DNA of 64,000 nucleotides from Candidatus Iainarchaeum sp. (GTDB lineage Archaea; Iainarchaeota; Iainarchaeia; Iainarchaeales; JAFCCW01): NCBI GenBank assembly GCA_017609985.1, contig JAFCCW010000002.1, positions 590 to 64,589 of the forward strand, read 5' to 3'. Shown piece by piece: positions 53,301 to 60,715 of this stretch (position 1 is its first letter; each line of letters starts with the position of its first letter). The notes under the pieces were generated by a model. It saw only the letters and a program-made list of their open reading frames with translations, ran no database searches and was not told where the DNA came from. The position numbers and the translations under genes were made by a program.

Positions 53301-56300
53301 CTGGTTGTTCAAAGTGGTTCCAACACTTCCAGCAATTGGCTCTCTTGCAAGCCCTCTTCCAGCAAAACCTGTTCCTTTGCTCAGAGCAATCAACTCTGGC
53401 CCAAGCTCTGTGCTTGCTTCAAGCGTTGCCTCCTTTACTGCTTTGTTTACAATTTCGTTTGACGGCACAGCCTTTGTAAGCAGGCTTGGATCTGCCCTTA
53501 GCTTTTTCTCAATTGCATCAGAGAACATATTTCTCAGTTGTCTTGTTCCAAGTCTTCCTCCGTTTGGAGCCTGTGCTTCAACTATCTGGTTTGCGACAGT
53601 TGAGCTTATTTCTTTAAAGTTTGGCATTCCAGCTGAACGGTTAAACTTGTAAATAGCCTGTCCTGCAGGCACTCCAGTAAGAGCATAAAAAGCCTGGTCT
53701 TTTGCAATCTCTGCCTTGTCCGGGTCAGTTGGACCCCACTGTTCAACAGCACTGTCTGCTGTTTTCTTCAACCAGCCCCACTTTTCTGAAACCCATTCCT
53801 TTACTGCTTCTCCCTGGTCTGTTTCTCCAAACGCAATTCCTGCGGCTGGTAACACGCAGTCAATTAGTGGGTCATACAATGCACCCCACCCGCCAGTGGT
53901 TATTGCTCCACAGGCTGCTGCTACTGGCACACAGCCCACAAGATAAGCAACAGCTGCTTTTTTTCTCTGTCCTGAAACCTGTTTCCAGAAAGCTGACTGA
54001 AGTTCTTTGTCTGGTCCGTCACCAGTCTCTATTTCAAGATACTTGTTTGCATTGTCTGCGTCGCCATATCGCACAATTGCTTTGAGGATGCTTGCTGTCT
54101 TTACTGTGTCTGGCTCTCCTTTCCAGCCAACTGTTGCATAGTATGTTCCTGGCTTGATTGTCTGCAACTTGTTGAACAAATCATAAGGGTGTATTCCGCA
54201 TACTTCAAATTCTATTTTTTTCCAGTCAGTCTGCCTTAACCTGTTTGAACCTGTCTCATCATTCATTGCTTTTACGTTCACGAAAGGCTCACTGCTTTGA
54301 ACAGCCATTGGGAACATGTCGTCTCCCTTGACGCATAACTGGAATTCAAGAACTGGGAACCCAAGCTTGTCTTCAATCATTTCGTAAGAGCTAATGCTTA
54401 CTGCTTCTCCCCCCACAACAGTCATTGGAATTTCCTTTCCTTCCTCTTCTCCTGTTTTAGGCTTTAACCTAAGCTTGACATACTCTATTCCGGTCTTGTT
54501 TTCACGACCAGGCCAGTCTGTTTTGAGCTTTACTTTTTCCCTTATCGGTCCTGTTACATTCAAGTCCATGCAGTGTTCTGTCACATAAAGTCTTATTGAA
54601 TCCTTGCTTGACTGAATCACTGGCTCGTCAAAAGTGCTGTAATTGCTTATGAGAATACTTTTTCCATCCTTTGAAATGCATGCATCTCCCTTGTCAAAAC
54701 TGAACTGCTTTAATGCAGCAATTGCTCCAGCTGCTTCTTCAAAGAGTTTTTCTCTTGCACTCTCTGCAGGCGAGATTGTTGAAGTCGGAGCTTCTGTTTC
54801 TTCAATTACCTCTCCTCCAACCGTGGCAGGTTCTTCTTCTCCTGTTCCTTCTTTCATTCCCGGTGCAGGTTCTTCTTTTTCTTCAACAGTTTCCTTTTCT
54901 TCTTCACTGACTGCTTCTGCTGGAGTTGTCTCTGCTCCAGCTTCCTCTTCTTCCGCAAGCAATATTTTTTCAAATTCTTTTTCAAGCAATCCTGCTTCTT
55001 CTCCGCCTTCTCCTTCAAGCAGTGCTCTGTTCAAATAAACATTAACTGTTTTTGCTTCATTGCTTTGTCCTGTTTCGTCAAGCGAAAGCTTTATTGTTCC
55101 CCTTGCAACATCTCCGACAAGCATTTTTATCTTGTTTCTGCTTGCTACTCTCTCCACTCTCTCGTCTGTTCCAAACAAGGTGGAAGAAAATCTTTTTGCA
55201 AGCTCTTCCAATCCATCTGCTGATTCAACAACTCCAAACCAGGTTCCATAATCATTCTTTGTTGAATACCCGCTGTCAATTGGCAGAAAATTTAGCACAT
55301 TTTCAATTCTTTCAATGCACTCATCAGTAACCTGTCTTTCGTTAACTTCCTTTATTACTATTACAAAGCTGTCGTCCAATATTCTGCCGTCAATTACCTG
55401 CACTGCTCCGCTTATTTCAAGATTGTATCTTCCACAGCCCCTCATTGCTTTTTCAAGGAAAATCTGCTTGAATCCAAACCCGCTTGATGACACGCTTCCA
55501 ATATCTGTCCTGCCAGTCTGCACTGCATAGCCTGTTATTGACTTGTCTCCAACCTCGTCAATCTCGTGCAACAGCGTTTCTCCAGTCATGTGGTCAAGCT
55601 GTTGGTAAGCATAGAATCTAGAACTCGGCACTTCCAGTTCCCAGAACTCGCAATAGTTGTTGTTTCTGCACAGCCCCCCTGCCTCGCTGTTCAGGAAGCC
55701 AATTTTTGCCTTTACCTGCTTTGCTTTCTCTGAAATCTTTTCTGCAAGGAATCTAGCCATGTTTTTTGCATCACAGTATCCCTTTGAACAGTCTTTTTCA
55801 CTGATTATTGGAATCTTTAATTCAATGCTTCCTGCCTCGTCACAATAGTCCAAAGTAACTGATTCTGTTGCCGGGCCAGGCTCTGAGTCTTCTCCCAGCC
55901 TGATTGATACGCGCTCTTGATTGCTTTCAGTTGATTTCTGAGTTCTAACAAGCCAGCCTCTTAGCTTGACTGTCACATCTTCCCTTCTCATGCTCTCGCG
56001 CTTGACAAGCTTTAACTGCATTTTTTGCTCTCCTCTTGGAGGAATAACTGCTCCTGCCCCGTCAAGCCTAAAAGTGTTCTCTCCAATGTCTGAGGAAACA
56101 ATCACACTGTTTACCCTGACTTCTTCAGCACACTCGTTCCTTACAACAATTGACTTGCTGTCAATTCCGTATGAAGCATTCTTGCTCACGAAAGAAAGCT
56201 CTTCTTCCGGCACAAGCTTTAGGCAGCTTGTTCCGCTTACGTGAATCCAGACATTTATCGAGCGCAAAGTTCTCTTTTGCCCGTTTACTATTCCATCAAT

Positions 56301-59300
56301 GAAAATTTTTCCAAGAAGCGGGGTGTCAAGGCTCTTGTCCTGGCTTGTCTCTGCAATGATGACGCGCACTGGCTTCATTGTAGCTTTTGGTGCAAGCACT
56401 TCGTTCCTGATTGTGCCAGGCAATACATTCACGCTAATTCCGTTCTTTGTCCAAAGATCATCATCAAGTGAGAAGGAAACATTTGTGACTTCAAGCATGC
56501 TCTCATTTCTGATGTAAATCTGGACAGCTGCTCTTGCCTCTGCCTCGTTTGGATTCTTCGCAAGCCATATAACAATATTCTGGTTTGCACTTAGCACAGC
56601 GTATTCATCAATAAGAATTACGTCAAGTGGAATATCCTTGGACATTTCTGATGACTTGAATTCTATGTCAAACTTCACAATCTCTTGGTTCTTGAAGCTT
56701 CTTTCAATTCTGTTTCTTACCCTGATTGTGATTGTCTTTGATTCTCCCTTGTCCATGTCTATTTCTCGTGGCATGTCAATTTCGATTCCCTCGTTTCCTC
56801 CGCTTCCGTGATAAAGTGTTTCAAGACTTAATGGGATTTCGCATTCATTAATTATTTCAAGCTCTATTGCTTCTTCCCCGTCATATCTTCTTGTTGTTTG
56901 CCCAATCCCAAATCTTGGGTCATCGCGAAGCATTTCAATCGTGCTCTGGTATTCATTTGAGCCATAGTCTGTCATGTTTCCTGAAAGCTCGTTTGTGTAA
57001 TCTTCAAACGAGCCAGTGAATGCCTGTCCTGCAAGATAGGCAACAAGCTTTTCTTTGTCAAACTTCAGGCATTCGTTTGGAATCTCTTTGTTGTAAAAAA
57101 CCTGTATTTTTGAATTAACACTCACAGGCACTTCTCCTTCCACTAACCCTGAAATCTCAAGCTCTGCAACGCCCATTAAAGAAGCTTCTTCTGGCCCGTC
57201 AAATTCTGCAGTAATTGAAACAAGCCCTGTTCTGTTTCCAAGCAGGCTCTCTGGTGGCTCAATCACAAGACTGAATTCTTCAAAAAGTCTTTCCTTGTCT
57301 GTTAATTTGAAACCAATGTTTTCAACTGCAAACTCACTGCTGTTCAAAAGCTCTTTTTGCACAAAAGCCTTTTTTGTTTTCTTGTCAATGTTTATTACAA
57401 TCAGTTCAGGAAATTCAAGCAGTCCCTCTTTCTCAATTCTAAAGCCTGCTTCTGCTTCAGCATAACCTGGAGCCTTTACTTTTACAGCATATTCTCCTGG
57501 CCCATAAGTGTTTTTCACAGAATATTTTCCGTCTTTTCCTCTTGTAAGAGTATCAACATGTTTTCCCTGAGCATCATAGATTTCCACTGAACCATTTGAA
57601 ACAGGTTTTCCTGAAACCGCGTCCTGCAAGCTAACCTCAAAATCTGTTCCAGGAGTTATCTTGTCAGGAATAATCTTAATGCTTAATTCCTTGTCTGCAT
57701 AAATATTGAAGTAATGACTATCAGCAATCACTCCCCTGTTTGCAAATATTTCTGTTTTAATAAAAGAGCTTCCTTCCTGTTTTGCCTTGAAATAAATCCT
57801 GAGCTTTTTTTCGCTTCCCTTGATGACTGAAAAACTCGGAATATTAAGAGAGACATCAGTACTCTCGTTGTCAAATGGAATTCCAAATCCTCCAATTTCA
57901 TATCCTGTCAAAGAAATTTTTTGGTCAGAGCGCGTTCCCGCTTTCACTGTCAGGTTTTCTGAGTTGTCAGAATTAAGAGTTAACTCCAGAGCATAAACTT
58001 CTCCTTTCTTTGCATTAAATTCTTTTACATCAATTTCCCTGCCTTCGCTGTCAAAGAACTTGTAGCTGGCGCAAACTCCGCCTTTGCAATTTGGCTGTGA
58101 ATCAAAAATTTTAACTGTTTCAACAAATGTTTTTGCATACAGCCCTGTTTTGTTTTGATTAAAACTCCTTGTTCCAAGATCCATATCTTCAGGCGATCTA
58201 TAGTACTCGCCTCCAAAGCTTCCCCAAGCCCGGTAGTGAACTTCAAAACTTGTGTTTTCTGCAAGCTCTCTTGCTCTGACCTTGACTTTTATAATCTGGG
58301 TATCTGATGGGTTTTTCTTGCTTAACTCCAGCCACTTGTTTAACTGTCCTGCTCTGCCCCTGTTTTGTCTGTCAACACTTTCGTTGCCGGGTGAGGGTGT
58401 TGGATGATACGATGTTCCATAAACAAAAGAATCTGCTTCTGCATCAAAACCTGTTATTCCTGCTTCCTGCGAATCCACAAAGCTATCAGAGTCATTTCCA
58501 ATCCTTATATGCACTCCACCCAAGTACTGTGAGTCTGTCCAGTTAACTTCAAACTTTAGCCAGTAGTCCTTGTCTGGTGTTATGCCCTGAACTTCCACTC
58601 CTCCTGAATCAAGCACGCCTACAAGATCTATTTCTGGAGCAAGACTGCTTGGTTTATTTTTCTTAACCTCTACAACAGTTGGATCCTCACCCCCCAATTT
58701 CACTTGCTCTGAGAAAGTATTTCCGTCCACCCCGGTTGCTGTCAGGTTAACTCGCTCATTTTCTTTTGCATCAAAAATAATTGAGCCATCAACTTCCGTG
58801 TTTCCGTCAAACAAAGTTCTGCCTGTGTTGTCAGTAATCTTTACGTCCCCCGCAAACGGGTTTCCAAATTCATCCAATAAAACTAGTTCTTTAACTGAAT
58901 CAATTCTTTCCAAAACAATTTGCATCTCGTTTCGGATTCCTCTTTCAATAAATTTTTCTCCCTCGCCTTGCTCCACTCCTTTTGAAGCCTTTATTAACAG
59001 TGTCTTGTCAACCGGCGCAGTTATTGAAGCATATCCTCCAAAGCTTGTTTTAATCATTGGAATTCCAAGAGGCATTATCAGGTCTCCGAATTTTTCATAA
59101 AATTCAAGCCTTGCGTCACTCACTGCTCTGTACAAAGAATCATAAATCGTGATTGTGAGAATTGCAGAATTTGAAGAAGAAGTTGACTCAAGATTCAGCG
59201 TAATTGAGTTCTGTTCAGATGGCTTGACTTTTGCTCTTGCCGGAAGATATCCGTCAAGATAAGCTGTTACAAAATACTCGTTTCCAACTTTTAATCCTGA

Positions 59301-60455
59301 GAACTGGGTGTAGCCGGAATAGTTTGAAAAATTTTCGTCAACAACAACGCTGTCAAGATTGTACAACTGAACAGCAGCCCCCTCTATTGGAATTCCTGTT
59401 CCAGCACTGAACACGTTCACCCTCAACTTTGTTCCGCCTTTTTCAAGATAAACATCCCAGGTTTCCTGCTCTCCCCTTAGTGTCCTGCTTTCCCCTGTGT
59501 CGTAAGAATCATAGTTTACATAACCCTCTTTTGACACAATCAGCCTGATGCTGTTTCCCTTTTCCACGTCAGCAACATATCTTCCATCAATGCTTGTGTC
59601 GGAAGTAATCAATGAATCATTTTTGCTGTCTCTGATTTCAATTCCTGCTTCCCTAATCAGTTCTTTTGTGTCCTTGTCGTACACTGAAATAAGCAGAGAA
59701 CTTTTTCCCGCAAGCGCGATTTCTTTTGGATAAATTTCAATTGTCTTGACTTCGTCTTTGCTGAACGATAACTGGGTTTCCAGTTCTTCATAATTGTTTG
59801 CGCTTATCTTGAAAAGAATTTCATCGTCTTCCTGAATGCTGGAGAGAATGTAAACTTTTTCTTCAGAGTCATAAATTGCCTGTCTGCTTTCTCCCTTGTA
59901 CTCTGTTATGACTAGAGCGCTGGTCACAGGGTCTTGGGTTTCAGCATCAACAATTGAGATTCGCGCGTCAGTATGGTTGATAATTCTTTTGAGAACAAGG
60001 CTTGCGCTCTCGTGGCTTTCCTTGATTACAATAGTTGTTTCTCCTCCCTCAAATCCTTCCTTTGTTGCAATCACATCAAATTCGCTGTTAAGCGGAACTG
60101 CTTCAAGTTCAATGAATTCTCCGCTGTCAATGTTTTGTTCTTTGACAAATTCTCCTTCACTGTTTCTTATGACCACGCGCACTCCGGACAATGTCTTGCC
60201 TGTGTCATCCTCTATTGCAAAAGCAATCTTTGTGTCTACTCCTCCGCCAATAAAAACAAGCCAGAGAAACAGCAAAATAACAAACAGGATAATGCCGAGC
60301 GTGAATGGAAAAGCTGGAATTCCTTTTTCTTCAAGAAACGAGTTATAGCTGTCTGCGGGAATTCCCTTGTCAGACAATGCATCGCAAAGCCCGTAGTATT
60401 TTTCTTCAATCGAAGTGTAAATCTCAGCAAGTTTTTCAGCAATCAACAAGTACAC
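50331..60455 (-). CDS. giant membrane-anchored surface protein, paralog GP3374, with a C-terminal triple peptidoglycan-hydrolase module
   Basis: 3374-codon ORF. The start is GTG 60455 or the TTG two or three codons downstream. N-terminus: EIYTSIEEKYYGLCDALSDKGIP...IPAFPF plus a TM helix. Beta-sandwich repeats follow. Other elements: a GYCDAKNMARF module, an acidic linker, the hydrophobic hairpin AAVAYLVGCVPVAAACGAITTGGWGAL...CVLPAAGIAFG, a long helical region, then the three hydrolase domains listed separately. Confidence 0.9.
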   Translation of the reverse strand: MYLLIAEKLAEIYTSIEEKYYGLCDALSDKGIPADSYNSFLEEKGIPAFPFTLGIILFVILLFLWLVFIGGGVDTKIAFAIEDDTGKTLSGVRVVIRNSEGEFVKEQNIDSGEFIELEAVPLNSEFDVIATKEGFEGGETTIVIKESHESASLVLKRIINHTDARISIVDAETQDPVTSALVITEYKGESRQAIYDSEEKVYILSSIQEDDEILFKISANNYEELETQLSFSKDEVKTIEIYPKEIALAGKSSLLISVYDKDTKELIREAGIEIRDSKNDSLITSDTSIDGRYVADVEKGNSIRLIVSKEGYVNYDSYDTGESRTLRGEQETWDVYLEKGGTKLRVNVFSAGTGIPIEGAAVQLYNLDSVVVDENFSNYSGYTQFSGLKVGNEYFVTAYLDGYLPARAKVKPSEQNSITLNLESTSSSNSAILTITIYDSLYRAVSDARLEFYEKFGDLIMPLGIPMIKTSFGGYASITAPVDKTLLIKASKGVEQGEGEKFIERGIRNEMQIVLERIDSVKELVLLDEFGNPFAGDVKITDNTGRTLFDGNTEVDGSIIFDAKENERVNLTATGVDGNTFSEQVKLGGEDPTVVEVKKNKPSSLAPEIDLVGVLDSGGVEVQGITPDKDYWLKFEVNWTDSQYLGGVHIRIGNDSDSFVDSQEAGITGFDAEADSFVYGTSYHPTPSPGNESVDRQNRGRAGQLNKWLELSKKNPSDTQIIKVKVRARELAENTSFEVHYRAWGSFGGEYYRSPEDMDLGTRSFNQNKTGLYAKTFVETVKIFDSQPNCKGGVCASYKFFDSEGREIDVKEFNAKKGEVYALELTLNSDNSENLTVKAGTRSDQKISLTGYEIGGFGIPFDNESTDVSLNIPSFSVIKGSEKKLRIYFKAKQEGSSFIKTEIFANRGVIADSHYFNIYADKELSIKIIPDKITPGTDFEVSLQDAVSGKPVSNGSVEIYDAQGKHVDTLTRGKDGKYSVKNTYGPGEYAVKVKAPGYAEAEAGFRIEKEGLLEFPELIVINIDKKTKKAFVQKELLNSSEFAVENIGFKLTDKERLFEEFSLVIEPPESLLGNRTGLVSITAEFDGPEEASLMGVAELEISGLVEGEVPVSVNSKIQVFYNKEIPNECLKFDKEKLVAYLAGQAFTGSFEDYTNELSGNMTDYGSNEYQSTIEMLRDDPRFGIGQTTRRYDGEEAIELEIINECEIPLSLETLYHGSGGNEGIEIDMPREIDMDKGESKTITIRVRNRIERSFKNQEIVKFDIEFKSSEMSKDIPLDVILIDEYAVLSANQNIVIWLAKNPNEAEARAAVQIYIRNESMLEVTNVSFSLDDDLWTKNGISVNVLPGTIRNEVLAPKATMKPVRVIIAETSQDKSLDTPLLGKIFIDGIVNGQKRTLRSINVWIHVSGTSCLKLVPEEELSFVSKNASYGIDSKSIVVRNECAEEVRVNSVIVSSDIGENTFRLDGAGAVIPPRGEQKMQLKLVKRESMRREDVTVKLRGWLVRTQKSTESNQERVSIRLGEDSEPGPATESVTLDYCDEAGSIELKIPIISEKDCSKGYCDAKNMARFLAEKISEKAKQVKAKIGFLNSEAGGLCRNNNYCEFWELEVPSSRFYAYQQLDHMTGETLLHEIDEVGDKSITGYAVQTGRTDIGSVSSSGFGFKQIFLEKAMRGCGRYNLEISGAVQVIDGRILDDSFVIVIKEVNERQVTDECIERIENVLNFLPIDSGYSTKNDYGTWFGVVESADGLEELAKRFSSTLFGTDERVERVASRNKIKMLVGDVARGTIKLSLDETGQSNEAKTVNVYLNRALLEGEGGEEAGLLEKEFEKILLAEEEEAGAETTPAEAVSEEEKETVEEKEEPAPGMKEGTGEEEPATVGGEVIEETEAPTSTISPAESAREKLFEEAAGAIAALKQFSFDKGDACISKDGKSILISNYSTFDEPVIQSSKDSIRLYVTEHCMDLNVTGPIREKVKLKTDWPGRENKTGIEYVKLRLKPKTGEEEGKEIPMTVVGGEAVSISSYEMIEDKLGFPVLEFQLCVKGDDMFPMAVQSSEPFVNVKAMNDETGSNRLRQTDWKKIEFEVCGIHPYDLFNKLQTIKPGTYYATVGWKGEPDTVKTASILKAIVRYGDADNANKYLEIETGDGPDKELQSAFWKQVSGQRKKAAVAYLVGCVPVAAACGAITTGGWGALYDPLIDCVLPAAGIAFGETDQGEAVKEWVSEKWGWLKKTADSAVEQWGPTDPDKAEIAKDQAFYALTGVPAGQAIYKFNRSAGMPNFKEISSTVANQIVEAQAPNGGRLGTRQLRNMFSDAIEKKLRADPSLLTKAVPSNEIVNKAVKEATLEASTELGPELIALSKGTGFAGRGLAREPIAGSVGTTLNNQLDALANVDGITGSSYPMSSNYGTTLDEISGTIEDLKDALADTASKDLSNRMADEFDAGLTPAQRAQIPSNFKERIRRELQGDLHERLSAQIKETGESITLQVTEGPQGRIVDKQFPKYHIAADDAQTAAKNSMKKAVRNNTDVLGKLVSREVGEQFGQEILEKAEIPKTGRWKGLKTYFKTFFSRTFFKELGKGLICGALSNAAGYGAYNWWLKEDSANPANEEGLVMFNGIEGIELQKYHTYKFVVSKNYAKHVDMTEVKEKEQFEAMNKEIEKENEPAVRLDTDCSGEFLQHGIHAIFGSLNPADPENAKKVKNPERISIYTNPEIQGPLAEAAYKHEMEEALLVAGMFGVKSYEEADFPTAIEDLANVLSGFMKECNNDEKCALEKLAELAEGQADGREMYDTYKTWKNFKVDIEAYKTSALPSGLREGEPKNENSPGLSGTSGGNCSGIVEYAEQYLGCKYKPEGPTPVWLTPENCNNPGLTCATFVGSVISKYGWSGKTGNGREVCDTLIGAGYAVSISKEELQPGDIISTGTSGYGHVMMYYGNGQVIHSTSSAPSGSTGKNNEPRSSGVVLSSLEVKLSGKHAEYCRPKQCIGPTSSGTQVTGDFLVCIDAGHGDGSRAGQREPEVNLANAKALEAELQSRGIGTWMTRTGPTGDGLTSRVKRINEQNCTLIVSIHSDACSGACSDALLGIVGKDASDNPEPDRELCRLVMSSLANSTSYKNKGCKPEDYSNYDNLAIISNTNAPVTLIEIGEYGVQADKLVSSSSTSKVAKGLANGIEEFLKKKSPVNNGTGQQNAGGEDPGSSDWKNVSFLKITSQQSKVVSYVNRNFGSKFNNTGELFWKYGVQYGIDPGHGVATAVQESASGTSSLAVNCNNLFGLGYDGVSKYAETAGTCPSRTRFAKFDSAEDCIKVYFQKLKEQYVNHSPPQDTVAKMVAPSITSSCNLNYFCCAKAGGHCYCCDSTAGYESWVKNVSAIRSSLS
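50500..50790 (-). other. domain within GP3374: glucosaminidase (FlgJ/LytD-type, mannosyl-glycoprotein endo-beta-N-acetylglucosaminidase family)
   Basis: YGIDPGHGVATAVQESASGTSSLAVNCNNLFGLGY parallels the family pattern ...AQAxLESGWGxSxLAxxxNNLFGIK, including the catalytic Glu position. Confidence 0.65.
50935..51470 (-). other. domain within GP3374: N-acetylmuramoyl-L-alanine amidase (Amidase_3 type)
   Basis: FLVCIDAGHGDGSRAGQREPEVNLANAKALEAELQSRG...LTSRVKRINEQNCTLIVSIHSDA. The zinc-ligand pattern His (GHG), Glu (EPEVNL), His (SIHSDA) is colinear with CwlC/AmiC-type amidases. Confidence 0.8.
51625..51960 (-). other. domain within GP3374: NlpC/P60- or CHAP-type papain-fold cell-wall endopeptidase
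   Basis: GLTCATFVGSV holds the candidate nucleophile Cys. ...PGDIISTGTSGYGHVMMYYGNGQVIHSTS shows the typical GHV..Y.G.G..IH catalytic His context. Confidence 0.7.
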
Positions 60456-60715
60456 CTGTTTTTCATTAACATCTTCTTAGTCTTCTTATATTTTCTTTCT
60501 TTTATTTATATTTTCTTTTTTTTATTCTAATTTTCTATATTCTTGTATGGATATTTTATATTCCCTTAATCCTTAAAGAAAAGGAAATATATAAAGTTTT
60601 CCAAAATTGCTTGGCCTTGGAACAATTTAATCCTGAATCAAAACAATTAATTACTTGAAAAAACAATTCAATTAATTAATTTAGGAAAACTTAAAATTAA
60701 TCAATGTGATTGGAT
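60456..60715. promoter_or_regulatory. AT-rich divergent intergenic region with several TATA-like boxes; presumed bidirectional promoter for the giant-gene locus and the metalloprotease operon
   Basis: 260 nt with no ORF. On the minus strand, AAAATATAAG and AAAATATAAATAAAAG (60484-60515) lie 30-60 nt upstream of the GP3374 start. TTTATATA lies at 60588-60595. Assignment to specific TSSs is inference. Confidence 0.4.

Noticed and set aside
25053-60455. Long antisense (plus-strand) ORFs inside the giant genes, e.g. 28480..28974, 35419..35940, 44485..45084, 48731..49309, 54643..55038, 59973..60530
   Set aside because: They are Ser/Leu/Pro/Phe-rich mirror frames of Glu/Asp/Lys/Gly-rich coding sequence. 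They have no start context and each is fully nested in a much longer, motif-bearing minus-strand ORF. They are typical shadow ORFs.
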